A DNA stretch of 62,498 nt, the filler included. It is 6 parts of 6 records of this genome, joined end to end, with 100 filler letters (N's around TTAATTAATTAA, not from the genome) between each part and the next. Parts side by side here need not be neighbours in the genome. Positions count along the whole stretch, not along the records: positions 57,407 to 62,498 come from SRR31156797_12645; 5 more parts are not named here. The stretch is one strand, 5' to 3'. How positions within the stretch are numbered: position 1 is the first letter of the stretch; every line of letters starts with the position of its first letter. Shown piece by piece: positions 57,431 through 62,498 of the stretch. The position numbers were made by a program, and so were the translations under genes. Below the pieces are notes generated by a model, which did not search any database, was not told the DNA's origin, and saw only the letters and a list, made by a program, of their open reading frames with translations.

Positions 57431-58954
57431 TTGAGAGCAATTGAAACACTGGAGATGAAGGATATTTCCAAATCCTTTGTCGGAGTCAGGGCCAACAGGG
57501 ATGTGAACCTGACCGTTCAGGCCGGAGATGTTCTGGGACTGCTGGGCGAAAACGGCGCCGGCAAGACCACCCTGATGAACATCCTCTACGGCCTCTACCT
57601 GCCGGATGAAGGACAGGTACTGATCAACGGGAAGGAGATCCGCCTCCGCAATCCCAAGGACAGCATGCATGCGGGCATAGGTATGATCCATCAGCACTTC
57701 ATGCTGGTGCAGAAGCATACGGTGCTGGAGAACATCGCCCTGGGCTACGAAAGCGCTCCCTTCTTCTTCCCCCAGAAATACATGAGGAAGAGGATCAGGG
57801 AGTACTCGGAGCGCTTCGGGCTGGAGGTGGATCCGGACAAGAGGATCTGGGAACTCTCCGCCGGCGAGCAGCAGAGGGTGGAGATCCTGAAAGCCCTCTT
57901 CCGGAACGCCGACCTTCTGATCATGGACGAGCCCACCTCGGTTCTGACTCCCCAGGAGGCGGAAGAGCTTTTCGCCATACTGAGGAAGATGAGCGGCCAG
58001 GGTCACTCGGTCATCCTGATCAGCCACAAGCTGGAAGAGATCATGTCCATCTGCAGCAAGGTCATGGTCATGAGGAAGGGCGAGGTCACCGGAAGCGCCG
58101 AGATCAGGGACGTGACCCAGAAGGACCTGGCCCGGATGATGATCGGCCGGGAGATCAGCAGCTGCTTCGACAAAAGCGAGGTCCCCAGGGGCGAAACGGT
58201 TCTCGAGGTTAGGAATATCCAGGTCGCCAGCGACCAGAACCTCCCCATTGTCAGAGAGCTCTCCTTCAGCCTGTCCCGGAACGAAATTCTGGGAGTGGCC
58301 GGGGTTTCGGGAAACGGACAGAGGGAGATGGTCGAAGCCATAACGGGCCTCAGACGGGCTCTGGACGGCAATATCTTTCTCCACGGTGAGGAGATCACCA
58401 ATCTCTCGGCCAGGAAGATCCATGACAAGGGGATCACCCATGTTCCCGAAGAGAGGATCAAGCACGGCACCGTTTCCACCCTCCAGCTCTACGAGAATTC
58501 CGTGCTGAAGCAACACCACAGGAATCCCTTCAGCGTCCACAGCCTGATGAACTACCCCCGTATCCGCAAATACGCGGGCAATCTGGTGGACTCCTACAAC
58601 GTGGACGCCCCGTCCATCAACACCCCCGTCAAAAACCTGTCGGGAGGGAATATCCAGAAGCTCATCCTGGGACGGGAGATCACCGCCCGACCGGATATAC
58701 TGATAGCCGCCCACCCCACCTACGGCCTGGACGTGGGAGCCGCCGAGTATATCCGTCAGGAACTGATCGCCTGCCGCGACCGGGGCGGCGCGGTCCTCCT
58801 GGTCTCCGAGGACCTTGAAGAGCTCTTCCAGGTCTGCGACAGGATAGCGGTCATGTTCGAAGGCCGTTTCATGGGTATCGTCGATCCCAAGGACTGCGAC
58901 ATCGACGAGATCGGCCTGATGATGGCCGGAACCATGCCGGGAGGAGAGGAATAA
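57431..58954 (+). CDS. Nucleoside/sugar ABC transporter ATP-binding protein (two ABC domains)
   Basis: GENGAGKTT, LSAGEQQRVE, MDEPT, LSGGNIQK, PTYGLDVGA. Confidence 0.95.
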   Translation: MRAIETLEMKDISKSFVGVRANRDVNLTVQAGDVLGLLGENGAGKTTLMNILYGLYLPDEGQVLINGKEIRLRNPKDSMHAGIGMIHQHFMLVQKHTVLENIALGYESAPFFFPQKYMRKRIREYSERFGLEVDPDKRIWELSAGEQQRVEILKALFRNADLLIMDEPTSVLTPQEAEELFAILRKMSGQGHSVILISHKLEEIMSICSKVMVMRKGEVTGSAEIRDVTQKDLARMMIGREISSCFDKSEVPRGETVLEVRNIQVASDQNLPIVRELSFSLSRNEILGVAGVSGNGQREMVEAITGLRRALDGNIFLHGEEITNLSARKIHDKGITHVPEERIKHGTVSTLQLYENSVLKQHHRNPFSVHSLMNYPRIRKYAGNLVDSYNVDAPSINTPVKNLSGGNIQKLILGREITARPDILIAAHPTYGLDVGAAEYIRQELIACRDRGGAVLLVSEDLEELFQVCDRIAVMFEGRFMGIVDPKDCDIDEIGLMMAGTMPGGEE

Positions 58955-60033
58955 TGCCCCTACTGATACTGCCCAGAGAGAGGACGACCCTTCTCTTCAA
59001 TACACTGGTGCTTCTGGGATCCCTGCTCGCCGGACTGGTCGCTGTGGGAATCGTCTTTCTGACCTACGGGATAAACCCCTTCTTCGCCATCTACGAGATC
59101 TTCCGGTCCTCCTTCGGAAGCCTCTTCGGCTTCAAGGAGACCCTGACCAAGGCCATCCCCCTGATCCTGATCGGGAGCGGCCTGGCCCTGGCCTATAAGG
59201 CGAAGTTCTGGAACATCGGCGCCGAAAGCCAGCTCCTCTGGGGCGCCATCATGGCCACCTGGGTGGGCCTGAACTGGGGCCCCCATCTTCCCGGCCCCGT
59301 CATCATACCCTTGATGTTCCTGGCCGGATTTATCGGAGGGGCCCTCTGGGGCATCATCCCGGCCGTATTCAAGGTGCGCTTCGGCATCAATGAAGTCATC
59401 TCCACCCTGATGCTCAACTACGTGGCCGCCGAGTTCGTCAAGTTTCTTGTGGTCGGTCCCTGGAAGGGAGAGACCAAGTACGGCTATCCCTATACCGACG
59501 ACCTCCCCGAGCAGGCCATCCTGAAGCTGATGCCCTATTCGAGGATATCCGTCCCCCTTCTGATCATGGCCGTGGTTATCGCCCTGATCCTCTGCTTCCT
59601 GGTCTACCGCTCCCGTTTCGGCTACGAGGTCCGGGTCATCGGCGAGAACTCGGAAGCCGGAAAGTACGCGGGGATCGACTTCTTCAGAACCACCGTCCTG
59701 ATGATGGCCGTCTCCGGCGGCGTGGCGGGGCTTGCGGGGGTGGGAGAGCTCTCGGCGATCCATCATCATCTGAGCTACCCAGAGACCATCAGCGCCGGTT
59801 ACGGGTTCACCGCCATCATCGTCGCCTGGCTGGGACGGCTGAATCCCGGATTCGCCATACTGTCGGGACTGTTCTTCGCGGGGATCATCGTGGGAGGAGA
59901 CGCCATCCAGATGTCCATGGGCCTCCCCGCCGCCACGGTCAATGTCTTTAACGGGCTGATCCTGGTCTTCCTTATAATGGGAGACTTCCTGCTGAGTCAC
60001 AGACTCCGCTACAAGAGACCCCTCAGGTCATAA
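58954..60033 (+). CDS. ABC transporter permease (nucleoside/BMP-associated type)
   Basis: WNIGAESQ, NEVISTLMLNY, GYGFTAIIVAWLGRLNP. Confidence 0.93.
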   Translation: MPLLILPRERTTLLFNTLVLLGSLLAGLVAVGIVFLTYGINPFFAIYEIFRSSFGSLFGFKETLTKAIPLILIGSGLALAYKAKFWNIGAESQLLWGAIMATWVGLNWGPHLPGPVIIPLMFLAGFIGGALWGIIPAVFKVRFGINEVISTLMLNYVAAEFVKFLVVGPWKGETKYGYPYTDDLPEQAILKLMPYSRISVPLLIMAVVIALILCFLVYRSRFGYEVRVIGENSEAGKYAGIDFFRTTVLMMAVSGGVAGLAGVGELSAIHHHLSYPETISAGYGFTAIIVAWLGRLNPGFAILSGLFFAGIIVGGDAIQMSMGLPAATVNVFNGLILVFLIMGDFLLSHRLRYKRPLRS

Positions 60034-60088
60034 GCAACAAGTTCACCCGACGGGCGCCGCCCTTCCGGTGACTATAAGGAATTGAAAC

Positions 60089-61015
60089 ATGATTGATATC
60101 ATTACATCCATACTGGTCCGCACCATCGTGGCGGGAACGCCCCTCCTCCTGGGAACCATGGGCGAGGTGATCTGCGAGCGGGCGGGCATCCTCAACCTGG
60201 GCGTCGAGGGGATGATGTCCCTGGGGGCGGTGACCGGTTTCATCGTCACCTTCACCACAGGAAATCCCTGGCTGGGCATGATCGCCGCCATCCTGGCGGG
60301 AGCCCTTATCTCCCTGCTCCACGCCTTCGTCACCATCAGCCTCAGGGCCAACCAGGTCGTGTCGGGGCTCTCCCTGACCATGCTGGGCCTGGGGCTCAGC
60401 GGCCTGTGGGGCAAGCCCTATATCGGCCGTCCCCTGGAAGTGAAGATGGCCCCCGTCGCCATCCCCGGCCTCTCGGACATCCCCCTTCTCGGAGAGGTCC
60501 TCTTCTATCAGGACGCCTATTTCTATCTCTCCGTAATCCTGGGCCTGATCGTCTGGTTCCTGATGAAGTACAGCAAGATGGGCATCACCGTCCGTTCGGT
60601 GGGAGAGAATCCCAAGGCCGCGGAAACCCTGGGGATCAACGTGACCCTGGTCAAATACCTCTGCGTCATGGCCGGAGGCGCTTTCGCCGGCATGGCGGGA
60701 GCCCACCTTTCCACGGCCTACAGCAAGTCCTGGATCGAGGGCATGACCTCGGGAAGGGGATGGATCGTCATCGCCCTGACCATATTCGCGCTCTGGGAGC
60801 CTTCCAAGGCCTTCCTGGGGGCCTATGTGTTCGGAGGGATCTTCGTCCTGCAGTACGTTCTCCAGCCCCTGGGGATCTCCCCCAACCTGCTGGCCATGCT
60901 CCCCTATCTGACCACCCTGATCGTACTGCTGGCCTACGGCATGAGCAGCGGAGGGAAGCGGAAGATGAGCGCCCCCGCCACCCTGGGCGAGCCCTATATC
61001 AGGGGAAGCCGCTAG
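60089..61015 (+). CDS. ABC transporter permease (nucleoside/BMP-associated type)
   Basis: ERAGILNLGVEGMM, RSVGENPKAA, GRGWIVIAL, PATLGEPY. Confidence 0.93.
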   Translation: MIDIITSILVRTIVAGTPLLLGTMGEVICERAGILNLGVEGMMSLGAVTGFIVTFTTGNPWLGMIAAILAGALISLLHAFVTISLRANQVVSGLSLTMLGLGLSGLWGKPYIGRPLEVKMAPVAIPGLSDIPLLGEVLFYQDAYFYLSVILGLIVWFLMKYSKMGITVRSVGENPKAAETLGINVTLVKYLCVMAGGAFAGMAGAHLSTAYSKSWIEGMTSGRGWIVIALTIFALWEPSKAFLGAYVFGGIFVLQYVLQPLGISPNLLAMLPYLTTLIVLLAYGMSSGGKRKMSAPATLGEPYIRGSR

Positions 61016-61037
61016 CCAGCTCTCCCGCGACAGATAC

Positions 61038-61076
61038 AGCCCGCCGCTCCTGAACCACAGGGGGGGCGGGCTTTTT
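61038..61076 (+). terminator. Intrinsic terminator after the ABC operon
   Basis: AGCCCGCC...GGCGGGCT stem followed by TTTT. Confidence 0.8.
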
Positions 61077-61150
61077 ATAACACAGCGGCGTCATAAATCT
61101 GCTCCGAAATAACATGGAAAGACAGGCCCAGCGGAACGATACTTTACATT

Positions 61151-62488
61151 ATGTTTTTAGTAATGTTTTTCTTTTTATTGATTCCGCCCCTCTCCGGAGA
61201 GCCCCTGCATATCCCGCCCCTCCTGGACGGCCCGGTTCAGAGGATACAAGTGGTTCAGGGCGAGCTGAATCTGAAAGGCGGAACAACGGAAACCCTGGGA
61301 TACAACGGAAACTATCTGGGCCCAACCCTCCGCTTCAGGCGGGGAGAAGAGGCAGACCTCACCATAGTCAACGAGCTTAAGGAAGAGACGACCTTCCACT
61401 GGCACGGGATGCGCGTTCCGGCGGAATTCGACGGCGGCCCCAGGCAGGTCATAGGAGCGGGAGAAGAGTGGAATCCCCGGTTTCCCATAGACCAGCCGGC
61501 GGCCACCCTCTGGTACCACCCCCATATGATGGGCCGTACGGCGGAACAGGTTTACAGGGGACTGGCCGGAATGATCATCATCGAAGACGAGTTCAGCGAC
61601 TCCCTGTCCATCCCCTCCGATTACGGCAGGAACGACATCCCCCTGATCCTGCAGGACAGACGCCTGAACAGGAAGGGGGAGTTCCGTTACAGACCCCGCA
61701 TGCCGGACATCGTCCACGGCTACACGGGAAACATCCTTCTCACCAACGGGCAGATCGAGCCGGAACTCTACATCGAAGAAAGCCTCGTGCGTCTGAGGAT
61801 CCTGAACGGTTCTAACTCGACGCTCATGCGCCTGAGCTTCAGAAGCGGCAGCTCCTTTACAGTCATTGCCTCAGACGGCGGCTTCCTCCCCGAGTCGGCA
61901 GAGATGGACCGGCTGGTTCTCTCCCCCGGAGAGCGCTATGAGCTGCTGGTCGATCTGGAGGAGGGGGAGGATGAGCTGATAACGGAGCTCTACAGCGGAG
62001 AGAGCTTCACCGCCCTCCGGATCCGATCCCATGCCCGGGAGGCAGGCCATCCCGTTCCGACGGTAGAGGCGCCCCGGCCAGATGCGGGAGATCCGGACAC
62101 GGTCCGCACGTTCATGATGGAAACCCGGCACATGGGAAGGTTCTCCATCAACGGCCGGACCATGGATCTGGACAGAATAGACTTCAGGGCCCGGCAGGGG
62201 AAGATGGAGCATTGGATCATAGAGAACAGGGGCAGGGGCATGATGATGAACCTCCCCCACTCCTTCCACGTCCATGACGTTCAGTTCACGATCCTTGAGA
62301 TAAACGGACGCCCGCCCCCTCCCCATCTTTCCGGCCCGAAGGATACGGTGCTGCTCATGGCCGGAGACAGGGTGAAGATTTCCCTTCGCTTTGAAGATTA
62401 CAGTGGGATCTATATGTACCACTGCCATATGCTGGAGCATGAGGATGCCGGCATGATGGGTCAGTTTGAGGTGATTTCTCCCCGCTAA
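61151..62488 (+). CDS. Multicopper oxidase (CueO/SufI family)
   Basis: HWHG, WYHPH, HSFHVH and HCHMLEHEDAGMM copper motifs; hydrophobic N-terminus. Confidence 0.95.
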   Translation: MFLVMFFFLLIPPLSGEPLHIPPLLDGPVQRIQVVQGELNLKGGTTETLGYNGNYLGPTLRFRRGEEADLTIVNELKEETTFHWHGMRVPAEFDGGPRQVIGAGEEWNPRFPIDQPAATLWYHPHMMGRTAEQVYRGLAGMIIIEDEFSDSLSIPSDYGRNDIPLILQDRRLNRKGEFRYRPRMPDIVHGYTGNILLTNGQIEPELYIEESLVRLRILNGSNSTLMRLSFRSGSSFTVIASDGGFLPESAEMDRLVLSPGERYELLVDLEEGEDELITELYSGESFTALRIRSHAREAGHPVPTVEAPRPDAGDPDTVRTFMMETRHMGRFSINGRTMDLDRIDFRARQGKMEHWIIENRGRGMMMNLPHSFHVHDVQFTILEINGRPPPPHLSGPKDTVLLMAGDRVKISLRFEDYSGIYMYHCHMLEHEDAGMMGQFEVISPR

Positions 62489-62498
62489 GGGTCTTTTG

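Noticed and set aside
57425-60706. Long antisense ORFs (429, 346 and 227 aa) opposite the ABC genes, and similarly 37668-38597 and 26839-27654
   Set aside because: Shadow ORFs expected from GC-rich codon bias; they have no recognisable motifs and the sense genes are well supported.

Overview
The window is not one replicon. It is six unrelated contigs joined by 100-nt artificial spacers (N44-TTAATTAATTAA-N44), so no gene linkage can be inferred across the spacers. Taxonomic labels below are impressions from gene content. (1) 1-21840, probably a Desulfobulbales-type deltaproteobacterium: a phage-satellite-like island (1-~7475) downstream of tRNA-Arg(UCG), carrying a Zn-finger/TOPRIM/AAA primase-helicase that the ORF track missed, HTH and AlpA-like genes, a hicA-hicB-third gene operon and an HsdR_N-type nuclease. 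Housekeeping genes follow (sbcDC, bioBA, amrA, Ni-SOD). (2) 21941-27863: an IS91-like element with a frameshifted tyrosine recombinase, a TolB-like CxxCH lipoprotein and a fatty-acid cis/trans isomerase. (3) 27964-39857: a sigma54-driven acyl-CoA catabolic cluster plus GNAT, AraC and META genes. (4) 39958-48022: an operon of an ECF-like sigma factor, a zinc-finger anti-sigma-like protein and a membrane-anchored CHAT (caspase-like) protease with an outer FGE-sulfatase domain, followed by an XRE regulator and a duplicated ~170-bp non-coding element. (5) 48123-57306, a Methanosarcinaceae-like archaeon: two paralogous membrane proteins with a shared N-terminal domain (one ending in an archaellin head), PINA, hisI, RAD55-like, IscA/HesB, NAC and the start of acs. 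(6) 57407-62498, GC-rich bacterium: nucleoside/sugar ABC transporter and a multicopper oxidase. Best candidates for undescribed systems: the sigma/anti-sigma/transmembrane CHAT module, the adaptin-appendage-like/archaellin chimera and its paralog, and the tripartite HicAB operon. All domain calls come from motif recognition by eye; no database searches were run.
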